Assembly (NCBI GenBank): GCA_964187785.1
Contig: CAXLNC010000480.1
Span: 186,001-250,000 of the forward strand
Origin: Amphiscolops sp. MND2022
Taxonomy: Eukaryota
Direction of reading: 5' to 3'
Length of the DNA: 64,000 nucleotides
Part shown: one piece after another, positions 35,519 through 47,031 of the stretch
Position numbering within the stretch: the stretch's first letter is position 1
How the letters are laid out: every line of letters starts with the position of its first letter
The notes under the pieces: generated by a model
Told to the model about the DNA's origin: nothing
What the model saw: only the letters and a program-made list of their open reading frames with translations
Databases searched by the model: none
Position numbers and translations under genes: made by a program

Positions 35519-37108
35519 TGTCGCGATATTGTTCGCTTGTATAAGAGTCTACAGAACTCTGACGAGACATTTGTTCATTATTTTCCCGTGAGAACCATGT
35601 CTTGGGGCGATTTTCGCGTGTTTTCTGGCCATTTTCAACTTTGAGGTTCCGATGTAGCCCACTGGAACTTTGGTCCACCGTGGTGAAATTAGCCGCTTTT
35701 GGGCCCTCGTGTTGCCCGCCAGACCCTTTGTCTACCACGGTGTAATTAACTCTTCCCTGCTTACCAAACGTGTTTTGAATAAAAAGTAGTACTTTATCTG
35801 TAATTGCGCTTGTGATCGCGTGCTGTATTTGGTAATTCAAGCTTTCCCTGATTTCTTTCCATTTCCTAGACATTTGATTAGAAATTTCCTCGCTAATCAT
35901 CCTGGTTGTTTCAATGGTCATTTCACTGTTTTCTCTACTGTGAGTGTTGAGTAATGATCTAAAGTCCTCTCCAATCAGATTGGAGCCTCCGCTGAGGACC
36001 CTGACTATTAGACCCTGACTCCAAGTTTAGTTCCCTTTCACATTGTTCATTTCTATTATCATCTCTAGGGAAGCTTCCTAACATTATATCAACATTTTCT
36101 ACGACAGACATTATGTCTAACTGTCTAGACCGCCTCTCTTTAGCTTTCTGCTTTTAGTTGAAGGCATTGAGAAAAGATTTGAATCGGCAACAGTGAATTA
36201 ACAAATTGTATTGGAAAGACACTAGGAGAATAATAGAGTAAGTACAGATGGTATAGAAAGCAAATTCAATCGTGTTTCAGGTTAATCGCAATATGTAGGC
36301 TGTGAGTTTGATTGTGAAGGTACAGAAGAATCTCTCATGTCCCACCGGTGTCCACCATATATGCTTTCCATTGCATGACAACCGCAATTGAGTTAGTCAC
36401 GTTACTATTAAAAGCATCTGAGTTAATTTAGGGTTTATGACAACATCATGATGTCAATATGTGTCATACTGAATATAAACAATATTAATGTGGGTGGCGG
36501 TGTCGACCTAGCGTACTAATTTCATATGTGAAAAATCCCCAACTGGTATTATTGTAAATTTACATGCGTTTTCAAAGCAACAATACATGGTAGGAAGATT
36601 CACACTAATCCAATAATTTTACAGTAGCGGACCACCAGTCCGTTCGGCCACAATAATGTACTTGAATTTTGCAGGAGTACTGGTCATTAGAAAATCCGAC
36701 CGCAGTGGACTGTAAGTCTACACGGCCTCATCACAATTAGTTTATTTTTTGCGCTGTTATTGGTCAATTAAGTTAAGACAGCGAGTACACGTAGCTAGAA
36801 AACAAATTCACTTGAACTCATTTCCTGTATTGTAATTACTGCACTTTCACTACTTGCGCATTGATTTTCTACAATTCTTTAAAGAGCAATTATCACGAAC
36901 AGCAAAGTAATAGCAACTTTCTAGTAGACACAAAATTACATATCATAATTAAACAGTTTTCGTATTTGTGAAATTAGAGTTTGTTGAGGCTGTCCGGACT
37001 GAGTGTCCCGTCGGTTTAAAGAGGGAGTACTCCTGGTGGGGGGTTTGTATTAACTCCCTCCAATATAATCTGGTAATAATTGCCGTCACAGGCGTCTGCC
37101 TGCGACAC
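35519..37108 (-). repeat. Family B 5' LTR (truncated upstream)
   Basis: Direct repeat of 21480-22600 plus 3371-3784. Ends GACA immediately before the PBS. Has a ~56-bp insertion relative to the 3' copy near 36328-36380. Confidence 0.75.
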
Positions 37109-38689
37109 AATCCGTGATGAAATCATGTGATCTACACAGCAAAGCGTTAATTATCTACTGTACCTTTTAGCAAAAAACACTTCGTAGATTTGGGCAAATA
37201 TTTGAGACACAAACAGCACACATATGTCCTAAGGGTCTAGATAATAATTTCAACCTTATCGAAGAAGGGAACGGCCCGATTCGGCGCCCCGCTCAATGTT
37301 CAAAAAGAGCAAAATGTTTGGAGTATTAAACGAACAACTATTTTGAAACTTTTCAATTAACATACCAATTATCATAACAAATCAAAAAACTACTCCAAAA
37401 GGGTACCGTTCAGACTCTGACACTTGTTAAAACTAGGATCATCAGCAAAACAGAAATTTTCCAAAATCAAACCCCTTTCGAAAAATGTCGTTGAAAACCC
37501 AAAATGAGGAAATTACGGCTCGTTAAACGCTTTTTCTGAAGCACAAACTCTGCAAATACGTCCTGCATCACCAAACAAACGCATACGGGACCCTTTGGTG
37601 TCCAATTTGTCCGAGTATAAATTAAAAACTATGGAAAACTTGAAGAGGATACCTTCTAGGCTCCTTGGGAGCGCTTTAGAAGTTAGATGTTAAACTCAGA
37701 TGAAATTCATGAAAATTCTTTAAAATGGACGTTTCACGGTGACTAAAAAATCATTAGCTACTGTAATAGTCGTGCAATTACTTCAAAAAGTACGTGCATT
37801 CATCTTTTTGGGAGTTTTCTGAGTGTGCTCCTAGACAATTATTGAAGAAATCTCGCAAAACCACAGCACCAAAAATACCTAAACGAGACTTTTTAGAACT
37901 CTAATACTGCATCTGATTGGAAACATCACAAGTTGCGATAGTTTTCTCCGAAGTTTTTCCCAAACGTTTCTAGTTTGAGAAAAAATTCATTACAGCCGTG
38001 TCAAATTGTCAGAAGTGGGAACTTTAGCCAAATATTTCCAGAAGACGTTGACGTTAAATATACGCTGATTTTTGAAGCTTTGGAAACATAGTGACTAACA
38101 ATTGAAGTCATCTTTGCTTGACGTCATCAGCCAGTCATTTCACAGCTTGAGCAGCGACAATTTCGATGGGTTTCGGGTCCACGGATGGCTCAGGGGTAGT
38201 CTTGGGTACAGCGGCTACGCTGGCTATTTGAAATAAAAACAGTAAACAGCGACCATTAATCATGAATGGTGATTATGAAATACGTTATTTCTTACTTTAG
38301 TTTTCCGGAATCGCAAGTTTTGCGAAATTCAGCCTAAATACTTACGCATTTCTTACAACAATCTTCCAAGTTTGTTCAAGAATCTTATACAAAAAATAAA
38401 GAATGTTCTTGTATGATGATCACATATTTCACTATGTGATACTTCAATGGATCATAGGTTTCTCCCTCATGGCATATATTGGATAAGATTGTATGAAATT
38501 GTCAATAATCGCCTATGCGGTTTTACTTTTTGGCTACTCTTGCACTACAGTCGAAGACTATCACTGATCGAGGGCTTCTATGATGATAGGGCTTCATGAA
38601 AAAACCATGGAGACAATACAATCAACAAATATATTGTTATAAAGTTCATCCGTTCTAAAAAACAAATTATTCAAGAAGGTAGTATTTGG

Positions 38690-39900
38690 GGAATAGGAGC
38701 CGACGCTGTCTACCAGATTGCCAGAGCCGAATAGAAAACACAACCCGATAGTAACAAAATCCGGAACATTTTCCGTCTATGCAATGGAGAATATCTTTCG
38801 AAACAAAATACTTCTCATAACCGAGGTGATTTCGTTCGGGCGAAACAAACCGAAGATGATACACCCGAAGAGTTTTGGAGACGACTGATCCAGTTCGAAT
38901 AAGAATGTAATTTCAACACATATCCGGCAGTATAAGCGATAATATCGAAATACATGACTACTACCAGCAAAAAACTGATGAATAAAAGGGTGAAACAAAA
39001 GACACTGGAATTAAAAAAGACGATCGAAATATTTAAACGGAAGATATATGAAAAGAAAACCAATAGAAAGACACGATACTGTGAGAAAAACATGAGAAAG
39101 AAAAGAAGAACCAAAATCGAAAATAGAAAATTTCAACAATCGACCATGCCAGTTATGCAACGCCCCACACTGGACACCGATACATAAATGTCCCGCACTA
39201 GAGGCAAACTGTAACAAGTGCCGATAGACTGATCACTACGCGAAAACATGCAGCGGGCACCAAAAAACATCGATTCAAACGGGAAACTCCATCACAAAAA
39301 TCATAAACAGCGACGTACAGATACTAATCGCCGATTTTAGCAAATGGCCATCCGCGAAAATATGTAAGAGTTTCAAAACAAACGAAGTGATAAATTTCCT
39401 GCCGTACAAATTGTAGCAAAAACGGAATTTCGGAAAGAAAAACAAATCAGATCAAGAGAAGCTTTCTTTGTGAAAGAATAAGAACTTTGCAAAAGCCGTA
39501 ATAGAGAAATTTACCAATGCCCCCGGATGCATACGGCAAACGAGACGGTAGATAGAGAAATTCAGACTTTAGAAAACTTAAAGATAGCAAACTTAGAAGA
39601 AGGAACCGAAATAATCGAAAGTGTGGCAAGACCATTATGGCAAGACCACCTGGTAAAGCCGTTGAATGAGGGCCGAAATCTCCGAAGAAGAAAATTTGGT
39701 AAGAAACGAACCACAACAAGAAATCACTAGAAGGAAGATTTCAAATTGAAAACGACTTCAAATGCCGGAACTAAAAACACCGTAAAAGCGAACTCGGGAA
39801 AAGACAATACAAAATTATAGTTCGGGTGCATTGCCTCAGATCGAGAAGAAGAACCGAAGAGATACGGCACTGACCAGTGCTGAAATTACACCAAAGAACC
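38690..39900 (+). mobile_element. Heavily deleted Gypsy remnant (gag + integrase fragments), E-like family
   Basis: QTEDDTPEEFWRRLIQFE*ECNF; CPALEANCNKCR*TDHYAKTC zinc knuckle (~39190-39250); PRMHTANETVDREIQTL integrase-core tail. Confidence 0.75.
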
Positions 39901-40554
39901 GACGGTTCATCCGTCCTGACGTCCGGCAAGTTTCGGTCTACAATACTGGCAAGTCGTTAGTAAACAAACTTGAGTCGGAAAACTCTGTTTTTTGTTTACC
40001 ATACATTTAGATTTGACATAGTATAGTTACACAAAAAGCTATTCTTGTTTCACGAATTTTGTTCTTTCCTGACTGTGACGTTAGAATACAACATATAAAA
40101 CATGAAAGTCATACAATGACCATGTATAAAAATGCAACTCATTGAATGACTAATTATGAGAAACATGTAAGTCCGAGCAACATCAGGAAGGGTTTTCAAA
40201 CTTTGTTATCACTAGTTTAAAATTATCTTCTTTCAAGTGTATGATCTACATTTTAGGTAAATCGCGGTGCGTAATTGAAAAATTTAAAATTAAAAACGCC
40301 AAAATGTAAATTTTTGAGAAAACGATCAATTAGAAATGGTACCACTACTGTAAGTACTGGTAAAAGAAAGAAAAATGAAGCTGTGCCGCATCATCATTTA
40401 ATCCGAGAACTTCTTCACTTTTTATTAGGCTGTTGGCTGGGCCAGAAATTCATCACAGCATTGGCTCTATAAAAATTTCAATTGACAATTCATTTCTTGT
40501 TCCTCAATCAGTTTGTGTCAGTTAGTGTCGTGTCGACAATGCAAACTATCTTAC

Positions 40555-40626
40555 CATGTTCAGCTTCTTCCAGCTTCTGAATGCGAGCTTTGAGACTCTC
40601 AATTTCGGATCGTTCACAAGAAACAC
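40555..40626 (-). CDS. Probable internal host exon (72 nt, phase 1-1) encoding a short coiled coil
   Basis: TTTTTTGTTCTAG|GTGTTTCTTGT...GAACATG|GTAAGA. Translates to VSCERSEIESLKARIQKLEEAEH with no stop. Not similar to the surrounding transposons. Confidence 0.55.
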
Positions 40627-40929
40627 CTAGAACAAAAAAGAAACGAACGAATTGAATGTAGGAATTTGGTTGAAAATACTATACTGTTTTATAAGTTTTC
40701 ATGAAAAAAAAAAACAAATTTGTTGTTCCATGCATGAAAATGCTAGGAACGTGTTGATGTTATGACTCACGCAATAGAATCACATGTAAAATTGTAGTAC
40801 TTTTAGTCCGCGCCTTTTCCTTTAAGGAAAAAAGCTCGACTATTACAGTGGGTAGTTTTTTAATTTTTCAGTTCACTCTAAATGGTGCACGTTTTTGTTC
40901 ATTTGTTCAACTTTTTAGCCGAGATATTT

Positions 40930-41110
40930 TAGTTCGGATTAAACGTTTCAAAGTTCGGATGTAACGCTTTCAAAACTAAAGTTCGGATGTAACGGTTTCA
41001 ACGTTCGGATATAACGTTTTCAATGTTCGGACATAGCGTTTTCAAAGTTCCTATATACCGTTTTCAAAGTTCGGATATAACATTTTCAAATTTCGGATAT
41101 AACGTTTCCA
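40930..41110. repeat. Minisatellite, ~8 copies of a 22-bp unit (AAGTTCGGATATAACGTTTTCA)
   Basis: Head-to-tail units with 1-4 substitutions each and no unique spacers. Confidence 0.9.
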
Positions 41111-41371
41111 AGTTTTTGAGATAATAATTCAATTTGGGACCATAAAATTTTGCAGAACTTTCTAGAACTATTTTGGTCAGTTCGTCAGGATTTAAAAAGA
41201 GTCACTACAATAGTCGCGTTTCACTTCATGAAGCGCCGACTAAAAATACTAAAAGCATGCAAGGGAAAAGTTTGTAAAATCTCCATGCAACTTGCAAAAT
41301 CCTTTAAGCATACTCATGTACATTGGAAAAAAGATCCCTGCAGTCTAGAAAATAAACGTCAGAATCTCGGT

Positions 41372-42040
41372 TAGTGTCGTTTCTGTAGTGATCTTCAGGG
41401 TTTGCCAGAATTCAATGGCGTCGTCCAAGAGTAAGCTCTGAAATTAATTCAGCATTTGCTCTTCAGTCAATTCATTCATGTGAGGGCGGTGGTGGTCTTT
41501 GAGCATGCGCTCGAATTCATTATGTTTTTCTCGGTTTCCGCGGAAGAGAGGGACCTGGGTTTGGAGGATTTCGGGTTGTATCACGTCATCAGTCATCGTG
41601 GTACGCATGTTGTGGATTTCCGTCATGACGTCATTAATTTGTGGTGAAGGGAAGGATGGGAGAGTTCTTCGTGGAGGTTGCGCATTCGTAGTAGGCATTG
41701 GGTTCGCCGATTCTCTTGTCGCCATGTCAGAACGAGTTGACGTATCATTTAGGACGTCTTTGTGGTTCCCTTCCTTACAGGTTGTAATTTTCTCAGTAAG
41801 GGCTCTTACAATGCTTGTTAACTCTCCGATCTGCCTGTTCATATCTATGAATCTTTGCTGTAATCGGAGCCCTACCTGGTCTCTCTCCATCGACCTCATA
41901 GTTTCGTCGTCGTTCTCACCAAAATAACTTTCACGGTAATGGTCAGCCACGCTGACGTTGTCTTCATTATCAGAAAATCTATCATCCTCTGTTTGTTCCA
42001 CTCTGTTCTCTCTAAGGATCTGCGACCTTGTATTTACCAT
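41372..42040 (-). pseudogene. gag: Second family C gag copy (5' part), truncated at 41372
   Basis: MVNTRSQILREN...TRSD|MATRES...QTQVPLFRGNREKHNEFE. ~90% similar to 54356-55024. Confidence 0.9.
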
Positions 42041-42589
42041 TTTCGTGTTAACAAGTTAGTTTTAGTAAGGTTTGAATTAATGTTGAATTGGAAAAATGGT
42101 AATGTATTGATAAGTAAGCAATGTAGTAAGTTAATTTCGATATAGTGTAGGTTCGTGTGATTACAGTGGTAGCACAATTTCAATTGGTGATTTTATACTT
42201 CGTTTTAGCACCCTCAATCTTTTTAGTCATGCGTACATAATACCTAATTGATTGCGTCTACTTGTTTTTTGTTTTCTCATTGATTCGGCAAGTCACACTT
42301 TAAGGTGCGTTAGACGACTGGTTACTTCATTCGTCGTTAATCTCCTTCGCAGCACTTTCGCACCTGTTATGACATCACTAATGACATCACTAAAAAGACA
42401 TGGCTTGTCCTTTTGTGTTTTTGCCAGAGTTGCTTCTTTCCCCTTTGAATCATTTTGCTCGTAGACTCTAAAGGGCATCTTGCGTGTTGTGTGGTTATTA
42501 GCGGTCGCTTTGGGCTTGTTTTCCGTTTTTGCGTAATTGACTGAGTTTTCGTCGACAGCAACTCTGACTTTTAGATGTATGGTGCCACA
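41725..42589 (-). repeat. Family C LTR (~865 bp; 3' LTR of element C, apparently shared with a following copy)
   Basis: 41725-42382 repeats 54707-55365. Ends CTGACA followed by the PBS-like TGGCGACAAGAG (41713-41724). Candidate start TGTGGCA at 42589 follows a weak purine tract. TATAAAA lies ~150 bp upstream of the gag ATG. Confidence 0.65.
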
Positions 42590-42699
42590 TCTCTTTGAAG
42601 GAGCAGATATAGGACTTTCAGACTGAGAAAGCTATAACTAGCATTTTCTTGTCTTTTGAGTTTTTATTCGGCATTTTCACTTTTTTAGAATTGGGTAGT

Positions 42700-44450
42700 T
42701 GATCATGCCACACAATCCTTGAAACGAACGTTGATCCTTTCTAGTCGTTGTCGCTGGGTGTCAATATGAATTGGGTTATCTGTGCTTGCAGTTAAATTGA
42801 GTTACTCCGTTCTATATCCATCAACGAGGAAGGAGATCTTGATCCTGATATAGTCTCTCGGGTATCTCAGGCTGAGGGTCGTCTTTGGGACTTTGAAGAA
42901 AAGACATCGGGATCGGATGCTTCTGGGTTAGACCAGTTGGGAGCTAATGTTAACAGTGTCTTGGCGTGATGTAAATTTTCACCCCGCGTTACTGTTGGCA
43001 ATCGTCCTGAACTGGATCAGTTTTTAGATATCGCGCTATCCGAAGACTTCAGTAAGTACTACCCAACATTTTTTTGTTTTCTGTTTCTATGTACGGATGT
43101 AGTACTTCCACTGTCCCCGTTGATGTTAAGGTGGTAGGGAGTAAGGGTGGGGTATGTGTACGACTGGTATTTGTCGTCCTCGCATCATAACTTCAATGTA
43201 CTAGTATGGCCTTCAATTCGTTAGTTGGTACCCGGGGGTTTTGAAAATGTAGGGTGGATAGCTAAATTCTCACACTACCATGGTATCAATTTGGCAATTC
43301 ATCATAGTGAAATGACGTTCCACTTGTAGGGGAAGTGGATGTGTCTGCTCTGGCTGATTTCTTGAAGCTGTACCCGCACCGTTCGCAAGTTGAGACAGTA
43401 GAGGAGACGAGTGAGCTGTTTGGTAATCTTGGCGAAGCGTTGTCGCCCTGTGGTGGTGAGTCCATTATTCCATTTTTCAGTGACTACTGAAGTTGTTGTT
43501 AGCTTGTTACTCTGGGTCAGGTAGGGACTCTGGGGACCATGGCTATGGATGATTTTCTCCAGAAGATGCGAGCGGTGTTCCGAGAAATCACTGCTTCCGA
43601 CTCGTTGAGCAGGGCGTCAATTTCTCCGTGTCCGATGGGGTTTCCGTGTCCGTGTGTGGCAACCTGGTCCAGCAGTCGTCATCTTCTGGTTGTAAACCTG
43701 GTAATAATCTCTTAAGATCATGTGAGGGGTTTTAGTAGAAAGAGTGGGTTGACTTGGTGGATAGAAAAAATGGATTATTTACTGTTGAGCTTTACTCTAA
43801 TTCATGTTTGCTATTAACAAAAGAGTTTTTTGTTTTGATTTTGTGGAAGAATGCTTTTATGCTTTCAGTTCATAAGCGGAAGATCAATATCCTGAAGCCC
43901 TCTAACTTTGTGTAATCTGTCGTTGGAAATTTTGTGGGTTTCCCTCGGCATAAATGTGTAATTGACGGATATGCTCGTTGTCTCATGTGAAAGGCAGACA
44001 TTAGTATCGCCGGACGTCGTTTGGGCAACCTATGGGGGCATTGAAAGAATACTGAACAAACTCGATTGGAAAAAAAGTTCCTCATAATGACTCAGCTCTT
44101 TTTACTAGACAAATCTTGCCGGTCGGTGTCTCTTGAGGAAGATCGTCGGATTCGGCTTGCGAGGATGACGAAGCCTCCTGTTTATTTGGAGTCAACCCTG
44201 AGTCTCACGGTAGAGCAGAGAATAGTTATGGAGGAGGCAGCAGCTGCTTCTTCGGTTCGACCTCTTTTGTCTGTTGAGGTGCCAACCTCCTGTGGTAGAG
44301 TCAATTCATCAATTGTTTCGCAGTGTTGACCGACTTCCGGAGCTTGATTCAGTTGCAGGATCGGTGGACAGTCACCATGCGCAGTGAGTTCGACTTCGCG
44401 GAGCGGTCGTTGACTTATGCTAAGTTTCAAGTAAGTATCTGCAAGTTCAT
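42700..44450 (-). pseudogene. Degenerate sense-strand accessory ORF(s) in the 3' region of element C
   Basis: Stop-interrupted coding-like frames (RLLDQVATHGHGNPIGHGEIDALLNES...; RQRFAKITKQLTRLLYCLNLRTVRVQL...; 44182-44430). No domain recognised. Confidence 0.35.
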
Positions 44451-44626
44451 TCCGTGTATGGTGCCTTTAATTGTTGTTATTTGTTATCGATAGGTTTGTG
44501 CGTGGTCATTCTGAGGAAAGTGTGTATTGTGTACTCGTTGCTTCTTGGTAGTGGTGATTGCTATTAATCGCCGGATGTCATTTTGGTTGTATTCGTCATG
44601 ACGTGATCGGTGTTTTGTTGTTTTAG

Positions 44627-45073
44627 AGCCTCGTACTATATGGGCTGTATCCTTTCGTGGTAGAGCAGTTATCTGAACTGGCCAATCGTGGATTCCACAT
44701 TGTAGTACAATTGACTCGGGAGGGATCTCTGTGGCGAGTCATCTGTAACTTTCTGGATGGCACTGATGTTAAAACAGTACTTGTGATGGCAGTTCGATCA
44801 GGCGAGGATTGGAAATCGGATTTGACTCGCTTGGTGGTTACGACTCTATCACGTGTGGATTCGATTTCCTGTCTGCGTGTGGTGTGCGTTGACGAGTATG
44901 AGGTTGTGGGTCGTGCTCTTGCTAGAGTAGCCGTGCCAACTGTACCCGTTGTTATGCTTGTATTTGATCTGAAGTGGGTACTCGGAGTGATCTGGAGACA
45001 GTTTGCTGGGCAATTCAGTGGCTTGGCCCCACATGGCATTCTGGACTTTTTGAATACAGACTTACTGGAGTGA
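44627..45073 (+). CDS. Antisense accessory ORF of element C, alpha/beta protein of unknown function
   Basis: Open ~148 codons after a TTTTGTTGTTTTAG acceptor. Alternating hydrophobic strands and helices (VKTVLVMAV, LRVVCVDEYE, PVVMLVFD). Confidence 0.5.
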   Translation, partial: SLVLYGLYPFVVEQLSELANRGFHIVVQLTREGSLWRVICNFLDGTDVKTVLVMAVRSGEDWKSDLTRLVVTTLSRVDSISCLRVVCVDEYEVVGRALARVAVPTVPVVMLVFDLKWVLGVIWRQFAGQFSGLAPHGILDFLNTDLLE

Positions 45074-45706
45074 TCAACGACGGCTTTTTCGATAAATTGC
45101 CTGAATTACGACGGTTAATTTCATGATATTTCTTGTTTTGTTTTTTCTTGGTTCTTCTCCATGTTTTGGTGTGTCGCTTTTTTGCTTCGTTTCTGAGAGC
45201 ATAAGCTGTGTGTTGTTGCTGAGGCTTATGTTTTTGTTTTCAGTATGTTCGAGGGCCTGAAATTTCGATCAGCGAAGTGAATCAGGTGTGCGCGGAACTA
45301 GTGGAACGCGGGGATGACGTCAGCTTGTATTTCGGGACCCATCGTCCTACTTTCTCGACAGAGGTCAGAGCGCAGCTACGTCTGATGTACACATTTTCGA
45401 GGTCGAGGACCACTTTTCGAGGCCCCCGTTTGCTGTCCTGAAGAATCACTTGAGTAATAGTAAGTTTGGTGTTTTTGTCACTTGCATATGTATGTTGCTG
45501 GTTTAAATTGTTGGCCTCGGGTGTTGTTCAGATTGCTGTCACATTTAGACGACTCGGAACGTTAGTCGGTTGCATCTTTATAGTATCGTGGTATATCATG
45601 TTTCATTTTTGGAGTTTTTTAGTAGTGATTTACTGTCACTTTTTCGTTATATTCTTTTGTGAATTTTTGATTGCTGTTTGTTTCAGTCGTTGCTAAGTGG
45701 CCTACC

Positions 45707-47031
45707 ATGTTCTCTGGTGGGCGCGATCGAGACGTGTGCTTCCTGCGACAATTTGCGACTTTTATACACGAGTAACGTTAGTTGGTCCAATCTCCCAGTG
45801 CCGTCCCTTCAGTGTATGACATTTCTGATGTCTTGCCAATTCAACCGCTAGTCGCTACTTTGGACGAAGATAAGTTTCGAGCCTTATTTGGCCAATACTT
45901 TCGCTTCGACATCATTTCGCAGCAGCCGTATTTCTATCGGGAAGTACAACGGTTAGTGAGTGGATTGTGTGTTGTTCTAACTAAGGAGTATCAGCGTGAT
46001 CAAGTACTTAGCCTTATACCGTTTGATCCTGTTCTAATCTTCTGTAGGAGCAAGGACAGATTAGTCGATGCCTTGTTAGACTCGTGCTTACTCTTAGTAC
46101 GTCATGGGTTGTTGGAGGAAGTTTCTTGTGCAGTAGTCCTACGTCAGTACAGCGAAGTGAGCAGTTATTTCCGGCAAAAGTGGCAGAGCCAGTCAAATGA
46201 TGTGCCTGTAGTAGACAACATCCTGAGTCTATGGTTGTCATACCCCCATTGGCAACGGTGCGCTAAGTTGTTCGAAGTGTTGCAGTTAATTTTCTGCGGG
46301 ACCTGCGTAGTTTGTATAAAGTGGATTTTCTCGTTGTTGGAGCAACTGTACTTTCTGAGCTTGAGATGTTTTCAGAGCTGGATGTCATCTGATTTCATAG
46401 ACAGGACTCTTCAATCAATGTCTGGGTTGCTGCGTCATTGCGAATCAACAGATACGCAAGTGTTGCGTTTGCATAATTCGGAAAATGTCGACCCTGGGAC
46501 CAGCTGTTGGAAAACGGATTGACCGAAACGCATGATCTGTGTGGGCGTATGTTGTCCATGGAGACCATGGAGCTATCTGCCATCACGATTGATGGTTACC
46601 GGTCGTCAATATGTCTGCAGTTAGAGAATTTGGAGAAAACGATTTCCAGTCCTCGACCGCGCAGTAAGAGTGCAGTAAAGTCCTCGCAAAGGAAGTCGCC
46701 TGTTGTGCCTCTTATTATCGACGATTCTGGTCCTTAAAGCTGGACCAAAGTCGCAAAATTCTGTTGCAATCGCACTAAATTGCGTGGACGATCTCGGTCG
46801 AAGGGGGGCAGTTCCCGTTTTTCTCCGGCTATGCGGAACCGTGGTAGAACTACTGGGGGTGTTCCGATGAAATCTCGCCAACGCCGCATTGCTGTTTTGG
46901 AGTGTTCGGCCACGAGTCCAAAGAAAGGAAATGGTCAATGTCGAGCGTCCGGCAGTAAACCTCGAAGCGCAAAGCGTGGAAAGCGACCGCCGGTGGCTTA
47001 CACCTCCGAAGATGGAAGTGCTGTGAACTGA
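45707..47031 (+). pseudogene. Antisense accessory gene of element C, similar to the hAT C-terminal region
   Basis: GTAAGT (45460)...TTTCAG (45686) upstream intron, then ACCATG at 45707. LIPFDPVLIF...LRQYSEVSSYF...DNILSLWLSYPHWQRCAKLFEVLQLIF fits a dimerisation-domain-like pattern. Basic Ser/Arg-rich tail. Confidence 0.55.

Larger units (their letters stand above)
32500..36167 (-). pseudogene. gag: Family B gag, interrupted by the solo LTR at 33152-35095
   Basis: MPSTK... start at 36167; TFEGKSEKFELFEDLFHTMIKMQP...FRRKY | VKPESQTTAKHKWHRLVFDP rejoins across the insertion; CNYC knuckle remnant near 32770. Confidence 0.9.

Noticed and set aside
40930-41110. CRISPR array
   Set aside because: Units are directly head-to-tail with no spacers, no cas genes are present, and the context is eukaryotic.
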